Source: Gammaproteobacteria bacterium
GTDB taxonomy: Bacteria; Pseudomonadota; Gammaproteobacteria; Natronospirales; REEB76
Direction: 5' to 3'
DNA: 64,000 bases
NCBI GenBank assembly: GCA_036271575.1
Contig: DATBAJ010000035.1
Location: 8,618-72,617 of the forward strand
The position numbers were made by a program, and so were the translations under genes. Shown one piece after another: positions 29,966-38,365 of the stretch. The notes under the pieces were generated by a model. That model did no database searches, had not been told where the DNA came from, and was given only the letters and a program-made list of their open reading frames with translations. How positions within the stretch are numbered: position 1 is the first letter of the stretch; each line of letters opens with the position of its first letter.

Positions 29966-31103
29966 TAGCCCGGTACCGGCGCTGCTGCCCACTTACGCGC
30001 CGTACCCTTTTCCGCTGACCAGAGGTTCCGGTGAGCGCGTCTCTGACGCCGCCGGCCGTGACTATCTCGACTTCTACGGCGGCCACTGTGTGGTGGTCAC
30101 GGGTCACAGTCACCCAAAAGTTGTGGCTGCGGTGGCAGAGCAGGCGGAAGCGCTCATCTTCTATTCCGCCGCGGCGCGGCTCCCGGTGCGCGATGCCGCC
30201 GCCCGGGCGCTGGTGGATTTCGCCCCGGAGCACATGGCTTCGGTGTTCTTCTGCAACTCTGGTGCCGAAGCCAATGAGAGCGCCCTGAAGCTTGCGGCTC
30301 AGCTCACGGGTCGCGCGGGTTTCACTGCCTTCAAGGGCGGCTTCCACGGCCGTACCACACTCGCGCTCGCAGTCACCGATTCGCCTTCGCTCAAGAGGGG
30401 GCTGGAGCCCTTGTTGGCGCCGGTGGATTTCCTGCCCTTCGGCGACATGCGGGCATTGGAAGCCGCGGACTTCTCGAAGTCCGCGGCTGTGATCGTCGAG
30501 CCCATCCAGTCCATGGCCGGCGTCAGCACTGCTTCCCGCGAGTGGTTCGAAGCGCTGGCGCAGAGATGCAGGCGCGCAGGGACCTTGCTGATCTTCGACG
30601 AGGTGCAGACGGGCATGGGACGCACGGGTCAGCCTTTTGCCGCGCAGTTGTACAGCGTCGAACCGGACTTCATCACGCTTGCCAAGGGCATCGCCTCCGG
30701 CGTGCCCATGGGCGCCTTGCTCATGACCGCGGACATCGCGCGTTCCCTCAAGTCCGGCGACCTCGGCAGTACCTTCGGCGGCGGCCCCCTGGCCTGTGCC
30801 GCCTTGCTCGCGACCCTGGAAGTGATCCAGGGCGAGGCGCTCATGGCCAACGCCACCGGCCAGGCCGCGCGCATCCGCGCAGGTCTCAAGGGCAGCGTGG
30901 TCACGGAAGTACGGGGCGAGGGCTTGCTACTGGGTCTGAAGGTGGGTGCCCAGGCCAGCGCGCTCAAGAAGCGGCTGCAAGAACAACGCATCCTAGTCGG
31001 CGGATCCTCGGATTCGGCGGTATTGCGTCTGATGCCGCCTTTGAACGTCTCCACTGCCGCAGTGGACAGCCTGCTCGCGGCCATCCGTGGGTTCACGGCA
31101 TGA
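29937..31103 (+). CDS. argD: Acetyl(succinyl)ornithine aminotransferase, class III PLP enzyme
   Basis: 388 aa. The motifs LLPTYAPYPFPLTRGSGERVSDAAGRDYLDFYGG, FCNSGAEANE, DEVQTGMGRTG and the PLP-Lys context ITLAKG are present. Confidence 0.9.
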   Translation: MHIFKDSSENSPVPALLPTYAPYPFPLTRGSGERVSDAAGRDYLDFYGGHCVVVTGHSHPKVVAAVAEQAEALIFYSAAARLPVRDAAARALVDFAPEHMASVFFCNSGAEANESALKLAAQLTGRAGFTAFKGGFHGRTTLALAVTDSPSLKRGLEPLLAPVDFLPFGDMRALEAADFSKSAAVIVEPIQSMAGVSTASREWFEALAQRCRRAGTLLIFDEVQTGMGRTGQPFAAQLYSVEPDFITLAKGIASGVPMGALLMTADIARSLKSGDLGSTFGGGPLACAALLATLEVIQGEALMANATGQAARIRAGLKGSVVTEVRGEGLLLGLKVGAQASALKKRLQEQRILVGGSSDSAVLRLMPPLNVSTAAVDSLLAAIRGFTA

Positions 31104-32098
31104 TGCATTTCACGCACATCGCCGATCTCGATGTGGTGGGCGTGGCGTCGGTGCTCGATGAAGCCCTGGCCTGGAAGCGCCAAGGGCCGGGCGCCCATCT
31201 CGCCGGCAAGCTGCTCGGCATGGTGTTCTTCAATCCCTCGCTGCGTACCCGTGTTTCCTTCGAGGCCGCCATGTTGCGCGGTGGCGGCAACGCCATCGTG
31301 CTGGACGTGGGTAACGGCGTCTGGAAGCTGGAGGATCGCATCGGCGCGGTGATGGACGGCGACCGGCCGGAGCACATCAAGGAAGCCATCCCGGTGTTGG
31401 GCCGCTACGTGGACGCCCTGGCGGTGCGTACCTTCGGCGCACTGGTGGATGACGATGCGGACGCACTGGATCCGGTGATGAGCGCATTCCGGGAGCTGGC
31501 CGGCGTGCCTGTGATCAGCATGGAGTCGGCGCGTGAGCATCCCTGCCAGGGGCTCGCGGATCTGCTGACCCTGCGCGAGAACTTCGGCAACACCAAGGGG
31601 CTGCCGGTGACTCTCACCTGGGCGCCGCACATCAAGCCGCTGCCGAAGGCCGTACCCCATTCCTTCCTGCTCACCGCCGCCGCCGCCGGTTGCGAGGTGC
31701 GCGTGGTCCATCCGCCGAGCTTCGACCTGCACCCCAGCGTGCTGGACGAGGCCCGCGCCTATGCAAAAGCCACGGGCGGTTCCGTGAGCGTGACCCATGA
31801 CCGGGCTGCGGCCTTCGCCGGCAGTCGCGTGATCTACGCCAAGGCCTGGGGACCGGATACCCACCAGATAGCGTTGGACACCGCACCCGCACGCATCGGC
31901 CAACACCGCGATTGGCTGGTGGACCCGAAGCTGTTGAGCACCGCAAAGGATCCCGTGTTCCTCCATTGCCTGCCGGTGCGGCGCAACGTGGAGGTGGCGG
32001 ACGCCGTGCTGGATGGAGCGTCGAGTCGCGTGATAGACGAAGCCGAGAACCGTTTCCACGTGCAGCGGGTGCTCTTGCACCGGCTGCTGAATGCCTGA
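31100..32098 (+). CDS. argF: N-acyl-L-ornithine carbamoyltransferase (ArgF' type; sequence looks succinylornithine-type)
   Basis: I trimmed the 518-aa ORF to MMHFTHIADL; its ATG overlaps the argD stop as ATGA. The motifs FFNPSLRTRVSFE, WKLE...VMDGDRPEHIKEAIPVLGRYVD, EHPCQ, TWAPHIKPLPKAVPHSF and HCLPVRRN are present. This is the AOTCase/SOTCase pattern, not classical OTCase. Confidence 0.88.
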   Translation: MMHFTHIADLDVVGVASVLDEALAWKRQGPGAHLAGKLLGMVFFNPSLRTRVSFEAAMLRGGGNAIVLDVGNGVWKLEDRIGAVMDGDRPEHIKEAIPVLGRYVDALAVRTFGALVDDDADALDPVMSAFRELAGVPVISMESAREHPCQGLADLLTLRENFGNTKGLPVTLTWAPHIKPLPKAVPHSFLLTAAAAGCEVRVVHPPSFDLHPSVLDEARAYAKATGGSVSVTHDRAAAFAGSRVIYAKAWGPDTHQIALDTAPARIGQHRDWLVDPKLLSTAKDPVFLHCLPVRRNVEVADAVLDGASSRVIDEAENRFHVQRVLLHRLLNA

Positions 32099-32109
32099 GG
32101 AGAGAAACC

Positions 32110-33030
32110 ATGTCCGTTACACCCGATAGCTACGCCAACCTGCGCTCCGCCGCCCAGTACGTGCGCGCCTTCCGCGGCAAGACCTTCGTCTTCAAGCTGG
32201 GCGGTGAGGTGCTCGAAGACCCGGCGGTGCGCCGCGCGGTCTGCGAGCAGCTTGCGGTCCTGTGGAGCTTCTCCATCAAGCTGGTATTGGTCCATGGGGG
32301 CGGCACCGGCATAGACGCCCTGTGCGAGACCCTGCAATTGCCGGTGGAGAAGGTGGCAGGCCGGCGCATCACCACCGCCAAAGTCCTGGATGCGGCGAAG
32401 ATGGTACTGGCGGGCTCGTTGCATACCGACCTCCTGGCGGACCTCAGGGCCGCGGGCCTGCCGGTGACGGGCGTCAGCGGCGTGGACGGCGGCTTGCTCA
32501 CAGCCCGCAAGCGCGCACCGGTGCAGATCAAGGATGACGCGGGCCAGTTCCAGTTCGTGGACTTCGGCCTGGTCGGCGACATCGAGAAGGTGAACCCGAG
32601 CCTGTTGCAGCATCTGTTGCAGGGTGAATACGTGCCCGTGGTGACGCCGCTCTCCGCCAATGACAAGGGCGAGGTATTCAATACCAATGCCGACACCGTG
32701 GCGGCGGAGATCGCCGTGGCGCTGAACGCGGAGAAATTGTTCTTCCTCCTGAAGGTACCGGGGCTGATGGAAGATCTCGCCCGCCCGTCCAGCCTGGTCC
32801 CTTATGCCACCCTCGAAGGCATCGAAGGACTGGAGGACGGAGGTAAGGTGAGCGGCGGCATGCGACCCAAACTCACGGCCGTGCGCCGCGCCCTGAGTGG
32901 CGGCGTCGCCAGCGCACATCTGGTGAGCGGCATCGTGCCGGACGCGGTACTGACGGAAGTCTTCACCAACCAGGGCAGCGGCACCATGGTGGTGGCGCGC
33001 GAGACCAAGGCCAAGGAACAGGCGGCGTGA
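32110..33030 (+). CDS. argB: Acetylglutamate kinase
   Basis: Trimmed to MSVTPDSYANLRSAAQYVRAFRGKTFVFKLGGEVLED...LVHGGG...NTNADTVAAEIA, giving 306 aa. It is the kinase only, with no fused GNAT domain. Confidence 0.9.
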   Translation: MSVTPDSYANLRSAAQYVRAFRGKTFVFKLGGEVLEDPAVRRAVCEQLAVLWSFSIKLVLVHGGGTGIDALCETLQLPVEKVAGRRITTAKVLDAAKMVLAGSLHTDLLADLRAAGLPVTGVSGVDGGLLTARKRAPVQIKDDAGQFQFVDFGLVGDIEKVNPSLLQHLLQGEYVPVVTPLSANDKGEVFNTNADTVAAEIAVALNAEKLFFLLKVPGLMEDLARPSSLVPYATLEGIEGLEDGGKVSGGMRPKLTAVRRALSGGVASAHLVSGIVPDAVLTEVFTNQGSGTMVVARETKAKEQAA

Positions 33031-34397
33031 GCGCCCAGCTCTGGGCCAAAGGCTTGCCGCTGGACCAGGCCATCCACCGTTTCACGGTGGGCGACGATCC
33101 TGAGTCGGACGTGCGTCTTCTGGTCCACGATGCGCTGGGTAGTGTCGCCCATGCACGCATGCTGGCCCAAGCCGGCCTCATGTCCCAGGCGGATGCAGCT
33201 GCGCTGGTGAAGGCGCTGGCCGGCATCGCGCGGCGCGCGCGCCAGGGCGGCTTGCAGATAACGCTGGCACAGGAAGACGCCCACACGGCGATCGAAGCGC
33301 TGCTTACCGCGGAACTTGGGGATGCCGGTAGACGCATCCATCTGGGCCGTTCACGCAACGACCAGGTGATCCTGGCGCTGCGGCTCTACATGCGTGAGGC
33401 GCTGCTGGATACCGCTGAGCGCACGGCGAAGCTGGCCCGGAATTTCGCCAGCTTCGCCCGCGCCCATGCCCATGAACCCATGCCGGGTTACACCCACCTG
33501 CGTCGCGCCATGCCCTCGAGCTTCGGCTTGTGGGCGACAGCATTCGCTGCCGGGCTTGCGGAGGAGTTGCAGAATCTCCAGGCCCTGTATGTGCGCCTGG
33601 ATCGTTGTCCCTTGGGTGCCGCCGCCGGTTTCGGCGTGCCGCTGCCCATCGAGCGAGAGGTGACTGCGAAGCTCTTGGGGTTCTCTCAAGTCCAGGTGTC
33701 GCCGGTGGATGTGCAGAACTCCCGGGGGCGCCATGAGCTGGCGCTCTTGAACGCCTTCGCCTCCATCGGCCTGGTGATGGAGAAGTTCCTGTGGGACGTG
33801 TCTCTCTACTCCATGCAGGAGTTCGGCTTCCTCAAGCTGCCGGATGCGTTCACCACCGGTTCCTCGATCATGCCGCAGAAGCGTAACCCGGACGTGGTGG
33901 AACTGGCGCGGGGCCGCTGCCGCGAACTGCGCGGCTATGCCGCCATGATGCAGGAGTTGGCATCCGGTCTGCCTTCGAACTATCACCGGGACCTGCAGCT
34001 GCTCAAGAAGCCGTTGTTCGGCGCGGTGCAGTCGGCGCAGGGCTGGCTGGACGTGCTCATCGTGTTGGTGCCGGCGCTGGAAGTGGATGCCGCAAAGGCG
34101 AAAGCCGCTTGCAGTGACGACATCTATGCCGCCCATCAGGCCTTCGTGCTGGCGCAGGGCGGCATGCCGTTCCGGGATGCCTATCGCCAGGTGGCGAAGC
34201 AGCTGGAGAGCGGCGATTTTAAGCCGGATCGGGAGATCCTGACCGCGACCCATCTGGGCGGCGCGGCGAACCTGGGACTCGAACTCATCGAATCCGAACT
34301 GGCCGCGGCAGAGCGTTGGAGTGGGGATACCCGCGCCCGGCTCGCCGCCGCCGAGAAAGAACTCTGGAATTCCGACATCGGGGGCAAGACGAAATGA
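33027..34397 (+). CDS. argH: Argininosuccinate lyase
   Basis: 456 aa. The GTG start overlaps the argB stop (GTGA). The motifs GRSRNDQV, YTHLRRAMP and the signature GSSIMPQKRNPD are present. Confidence 0.95.
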   Translation: MSAQLWAKGLPLDQAIHRFTVGDDPESDVRLLVHDALGSVAHARMLAQAGLMSQADAAALVKALAGIARRARQGGLQITLAQEDAHTAIEALLTAELGDAGRRIHLGRSRNDQVILALRLYMREALLDTAERTAKLARNFASFARAHAHEPMPGYTHLRRAMPSSFGLWATAFAAGLAEELQNLQALYVRLDRCPLGAAAGFGVPLPIEREVTAKLLGFSQVQVSPVDVQNSRGRHELALLNAFASIGLVMEKFLWDVSLYSMQEFGFLKLPDAFTTGSSIMPQKRNPDVVELARGRCRELRGYAAMMQELASGLPSNYHRDLQLLKKPLFGAVQSAQGWLDVLIVLVPALEVDAAKAKAACSDDIYAAHQAFVLAQGGMPFRDAYRQVAKQLESGDFKPDREILTATHLGGAANLGLELIESELAAAERWSGDTRARLAAAEKELWNSDIGGKTK

Positions 34398-35596
34398 AGA
34401 AGCAGGTGGTGCTGGCCTTCTCCGGAGGCCTCGATACTTCTTTCTGCGTGGTGCATCTGAAGGAACAGGGCTGTGAAGTGGTCACCGTGACGGTGGACAC
34501 CGGCGGTTTCAGTCCCTCTGAATTGAAACGCATCGAGGCGCTTAGCCCCAAGCTCGGTGCCAAGGCGCACCGCACCCTGGACGGGCGCGAGGCGCTGTTC
34601 GACCGGTATCTGCGCTACCTCGTGTATGGCAACGTGCTGCGCGGCAACCTGTATCCCTTGAGCGTCTCGGCGGAGCGGGTCTGCCAGGCGGCGAACGTGG
34701 TCAGCGTGGCCAAGGAGCTGAAGGCCGATGCCCTGGCCCACGGTTCCACCGGCGCCGGCAACGACCAGGTGCGCTTCGACGTGGTGTTCCGCGCGCTGGC
34801 GCCGGAGTTGGAGTTGATCACACCCATACGAAGCCTGGGCCTGAGCCGCGCCCAGGAGATGCAGTTCCTGAAGGAACATGGCTTCGAGTTCCCGGAGAAG
34901 ACCGCCCATTACTCGGTGAACGAGGGCATGTGGGGCACCTCCGTGGGCGGGCGCGAGACCCTCGATTCCTGGAGCCAATTGCCGGAGAGCGCTTTCCCCG
35001 GCGGCGAGATCGACCTCGCCAGCCTCAAGCCCCGCAAGCTCACCCTCAGCTTCGAGCAGGGCGTGCCCGTCGCCATCGACGGCAAGGGACTGAGTCCGGT
35101 AGCTTTGATAGCGGAATTGAATGCCATGGGTCACAGCTACGGCATCGGTCGCGGTGTGCACTTGGGGGACACCATCCTCGGCATCAAGGGCCGGGTCGGA
35201 TTCGAGGCGCCAGCGGCCCACATCCTCATCGGTTCCCATCGGGAACTGGAGAAGCTCACCCTCACGGGCAAGCAGCTCTTCTGGAAAGAGACCCTGGGCA
35301 ACCTCTACGGCCAATTGCTGCACGAGGGGCATCATTTCGATCCCCTGTCCCGGGATCTCGAGGCATTCCTGGAATCCAGCCAGACCCAGGTCAGCGGCGA
35401 GGTGCAACTCACGCTCTATCCGCGCAGCTTCGCGGTGGACGGCGTGCGCTCGCCCCATTCGCTCATGGATGCCAAGGTGGCGAGTTACGGCGAGGCCAAC
35501 CGGCTCTGGTCCGGCGCCGAGGCAGCCGGTTTCGCCAAGCTCTATGGCGTGCAGCAGGTGCTGGCCTTGCAGGCGGGAGGTAACCGTGCGGATTAA
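34394..35596 (+). CDS. argG: Argininosuccinate synthase
   Basis: The sequence MKKQVVLAFSGGLDTSFCVVHLKE carries the ATP-PPase motif SGGLDTS. It is 400 aa. Its start overlaps the argH stop (ATGA). Confidence 0.95.
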   Translation: MKKQVVLAFSGGLDTSFCVVHLKEQGCEVVTVTVDTGGFSPSELKRIEALSPKLGAKAHRTLDGREALFDRYLRYLVYGNVLRGNLYPLSVSAERVCQAANVVSVAKELKADALAHGSTGAGNDQVRFDVVFRALAPELELITPIRSLGLSRAQEMQFLKEHGFEFPEKTAHYSVNEGMWGTSVGGRETLDSWSQLPESAFPGGEIDLASLKPRKLTLSFEQGVPVAIDGKGLSPVALIAELNAMGHSYGIGRGVHLGDTILGIKGRVGFEAPAAHILIGSHRELEKLTLTGKQLFWKETLGNLYGQLLHEGHHFDPLSRDLEAFLESSQTQVSGEVQLTLYPRSFAVDGVRSPHSLMDAKVASYGEANRLWSGAEAAGFAKLYGVQQVLALQAGGNRAD

Positions 35597-36641
35597 TGCG
35601 GACAAGATCGCCTCAGTCACGCGCAACCTCAAACTCGACCGTACCCTGACGCTCTCGCCGACCATCCGCGCCGAACACGGTGCCGTCGTCGCGGGCCGGA
35701 TACTGGGAGACAAATCCGGATACAACCAGTTGGAAGACGTGCACGGGCGCATGAACGTGATCCACGGCGACGACGTGATCGTGGGGGCCCTCGGGCACCG
35801 CAACGCGCTGCACGGTTACGAAGGTGTGCTGCCCAAGAGCGTAGAGCAGGGCCAGGTGCTGCATGTGTTGAACTTAGGCGGCGTCATCGGCGAATGCGTA
35901 TCCCACAACCCCGAGGTGGGCACGCCCTTCGAATTCGAAGTGCTGGGCCAGGTGCTGGTTTACCCTGAGTTCCAGTCCCGCGAGGGGCAGCCCGCCAACA
36001 TCCGCATGGGCGCGCTGCAGAAGGAAGGTCGCAAGTTCGATTGCAAGGTGATCTACGTGGCCGGCACCTGCATGAATGCCGGCAAGACCGCCGCCGCCTG
36101 CGCGCTGGTACGGCGGCTCTCCCAGGCAGGTTACCGGGTCGGCGGCGCCAAGCTCACTGGCGTGTCCCTGATGCGCGATACCTTGAGCATGCGCGACTAT
36201 GGCGCCGAGGTGACCTACGACTTCACCGACGCAGGCATCGTCTGCACCGGACAAGATAGCGCCAACCAGGTGGCCCGCACCCTGTTCAGCCAACTCTCGG
36301 GCCGCGGGCTGGACGTGATCGTCGCCGAGACCGGCGATGGCATCATGGGTGACTACGGCGTGCAGGCCATCCTCGCCGATCCGGAACTCAAGGCCCTCAC
36401 CGCGGGCTTCGTGTTCTGCGCCAACGATCCGGTGGGCGTGGCGGGCGGCGTGCGCCACTTGCAGAGCGAGTACGGCATCGATGCCGACGTGGTCACGGGC
36501 CCTGCCACCGACAACAACGTGGGCGTGCGTTTCGTGGAGCGGGAAGTAGGGATGAAGGCCATCAACGCCCGCACCCATTCCAAGGCCTTCGGCGAGCACC
36601 TGCTCAAGCTCCTCATGGAGCGGGGCATTCGCAAGCAATGA
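35586..36641 (+). CDS. Uncharacterised protein with dethiobiotin-synthetase-like P-loop domain, embedded in arg operon ('gene X')
   Basis: The GTG at 35586 lies 5 nt after a GGAGG inside the argG 3' end, so X overlaps argG by 11 nt. Its stop overlaps the argC ATG (ATGA). It is 351 aa. The N-terminal ~150 aa are beta-rich. Next comes GTCMNAGKTAAACALVRRLSQAGYRVGGAK (nt 36063-) and later DVIVAETGDG. The ORF-track frame (35121-36641) is longer, but its 5' part lies inside argG. Confidence 0.8.
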   Translation: MRINADKIASVTRNLKLDRTLTLSPTIRAEHGAVVAGRILGDKSGYNQLEDVHGRMNVIHGDDVIVGALGHRNALHGYEGVLPKSVEQGQVLHVLNLGGVIGECVSHNPEVGTPFEFEVLGQVLVYPEFQSREGQPANIRMGALQKEGRKFDCKVIYVAGTCMNAGKTAAACALVRRLSQAGYRVGGAKLTGVSLMRDTLSMRDYGAEVTYDFTDAGIVCTGQDSANQVARTLFSQLSGRGLDVIVAETGDGIMGDYGVQAILADPELKALTAGFVFCANDPVGVAGGVRHLQSEYGIDADVVTGPATDNNVGVRFVEREVGMKAINARTHSKAFGEHLLKLLMERGIRKQ

Positions 36642-37699
36642 GCGGCCTTCCGGTCACGATCCTCGGTGGCTCGGGCTACGGCGGCGGCGAACTGCTGCGC
36701 CTGCTCTCCCAGCATCCCAAGATAGGGTCCCTACGCGCCGTGTCCCGCAAGCAGGCGGGAGAACCTTTCTGGAAGATGCATCCGAACCTGCGGAGCGTGG
36801 TGCAGGGGAGTTTCGATGGCGAGCCTGATTGGGCTGCTCTCACGGGTGTCGAGCTCCCAGTGGTGTTCTCCGCCATGCCGCATTTCGAACTGGCGCAGCA
36901 GTTGCCGGCCTTGGAGGCTGCCTGGAAGCAGCAGGGTCTCGCAGGACGACTGACGCTCATCGATCTGTCCGGCGATTTCCGCCTGGACGATGCCGGGGCA
37001 TTCGAACAGGCGTATGGAAAGCTACATCCCCACCCCGCGGGTCTCGGCAAGTTTGTCTATGGCCTTCCGGAATGGAACAGGCACAAGCTCGCGGCAGTGA
37101 AGCGCATCGCCAGTCCCGGCTGCTTCGCCACTGCCATCCAGCTGGCCCTGCTGCCCTTCGCCGGTCTCAGGGATCTCGGCTTCATCGCTGTCAGCGCCGT
37201 CACCGGTTCGTCCGGTTCCGGCACCGCGCCGGGCGAGGGCACCCACCATCCCACCCGCGCCCAGGATTTCCGCGCCTACAAGGTGTTGGCGCATCAGCAC
37301 CAGGCGGAGATCACGCGCCTCCTGGATGCGCAGGGCACATCCGGTTATTCGTTGGGGCTGGTGCCCCATTCGGCGCCCATGGTGCGTGGCATCTACGCCA
37401 CGGCGCAGTTCCGTGCCGCGGGACTCGACGCGGCAGCGGTGGCAAAGCGCATGCAGGATACCTACCGCGACGCGCCGTTCATGCGGCTCCTGGGTGAAGA
37501 GTCACCGCGCATGGGCGCAGTGGCCGGCAGTAACTTCTGCGACATCGGTTGGCAGGTGAAGGACGGCACCGTGGCGGTGATGACCGCCATCGACAACTTG
37601 GTGAAGGGAATGGCAGGCCAAGCAATCCAGAACATGAATCTGGCGCTAGGATTCCCCGAGACGGAAGGCCTCATGCAAGCAGGCACTTACCCGGGCTGA
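36638..37699 (+). CDS. argC: N-acetyl-gamma-glutamyl-phosphate reductase
   Basis: 353 aa. The NAD-binding motif is ILGGSGYGGGELLRLL and the catalytic Cys sits in SPGCFATA. Confidence 0.93.
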   Translation: MSGLPVTILGGSGYGGGELLRLLSQHPKIGSLRAVSRKQAGEPFWKMHPNLRSVVQGSFDGEPDWAALTGVELPVVFSAMPHFELAQQLPALEAAWKQQGLAGRLTLIDLSGDFRLDDAGAFEQAYGKLHPHPAGLGKFVYGLPEWNRHKLAAVKRIASPGCFATAIQLALLPFAGLRDLGFIAVSAVTGSSGSGTAPGEGTHHPTRAQDFRAYKVLAHQHQAEITRLLDAQGTSGYSLGLVPHSAPMVRGIYATAQFRAAGLDAAAVAKRMQDTYRDAPFMRLLGEESPRMGAVAGSNFCDIGWQVKDGTVAVMTAIDNLVKGMAGQAIQNMNLALGFPETEGLMQAGTYPG

Positions 37700-37700
37700 A

Positions 37701-37735
37701 TCGGAAAAGAAAAAGCCCGGGATCGCTCCCGGGCT
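37701..37735. terminator. Hairpin terminator between convergent argC and lipoprotein gene
   Basis: The sequence is GGAAAAGAAAAAGCCCGGGA-tcgc-TCCCGGGCTT. The T-run is on the minus strand, so it is a good terminator for the 37761-38300 gene and a plausible one for argC. Confidence 0.7.
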
Positions 37736-37760
37736 TCTCCATCATCTTTGAGATCTGGAC

Positions 37761-38300
37761 TTAATGCGTCGCGGCGGCAGGCGCCATGGTGGTGCCCGCG
37801 GCAGGCGTGCTGCTCGGCGGCGCCAGATCGCTATTGAAGATGTCGCGGTGGATCTTCCAGCCCTTGTCGGTCTGCTTCAGCACTTCCAGGAACTTGCCGC
37901 GGTCCAGGATGCTGCCGTTCGCGCCCAGCATGCTATAGAAGCCGCTGCTGTAGGCCCAGCCGCTGCCCAGCACCTGGGTCTCGTTGGGGTTGAGGAGGAG
38001 ACCGGTGACGGGCGAGCTGGAGAACATCTGCCGGGCGAAGGTCTCGATGCCGATGTCGGTCTTCACCTCGGGCTGGTTGGGAGGCATCAGGATCGCATCG
38101 TCGGTGTAGGTGGCGGCCATGCCTGCCGAGTCTTTGGCATTGAAGGCCTTCGTGAAGGCGGCGTGCAGCTGCCCGATGTCTTCCTGGGCATCGGCCGTGG
38201 CGCGCGAATCGGGCTGCGTGCCATCGGTGGCGCAGGCGGTGAGCGCCAGCAGGCAGCAGGCGGTCATGAGCAGTTGGCTGAGACGACGAGTGACGTTCAT
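37761..38300 (-). CDS. Lipoprotein, NTF2-like (DUF4440/SnoaL-like) domain
   Basis: The sequence MNVTRRLSQLLMTACCLLALTACATDG has lipobox LTAC. The body (LHAAFTKAFNAKDSAGMAATYTDDAILMPPN...DKGWKIHRDIFN) fits a DUF4440-type fold. Confidence 0.65.
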   Translation of the reverse strand: MNVTRRLSQLLMTACCLLALTACATDGTQPDSRATADAQEDIGQLHAAFTKAFNAKDSAGMAATYTDDAILMPPNQPEVKTDIGIETFARQMFSSSPVTGLLLNPNETQVLGSGWAYSSGFYSMLGANGSILDRGKFLEVLKQTDKGWKIHRDIFNSDLAPPSSTPAAGTTMAPAAATH

Positions 38301-38365
38301 CGAAGGGGCCTTTCTTTAAGCTGATGACGGGACCCGAAGTATAGCCCCGGCGGGCGGGCCTGCAA

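Noticed and set aside
34181..35803. A 540-aa minus-strand ORF antisense to argG (similarly 30629-32080 and 31834-32919 antisense to argF'/argB, 39301-40818 antisense to the ABC exporter, 53826-54965 antisense to gcvP, and 20232-21299 antisense to the phosphoesterase).
   Set aside because: All lie opposite genes with clear conserved motifs and show shadow-frame composition. None has an RBS or start context better than the sense gene.
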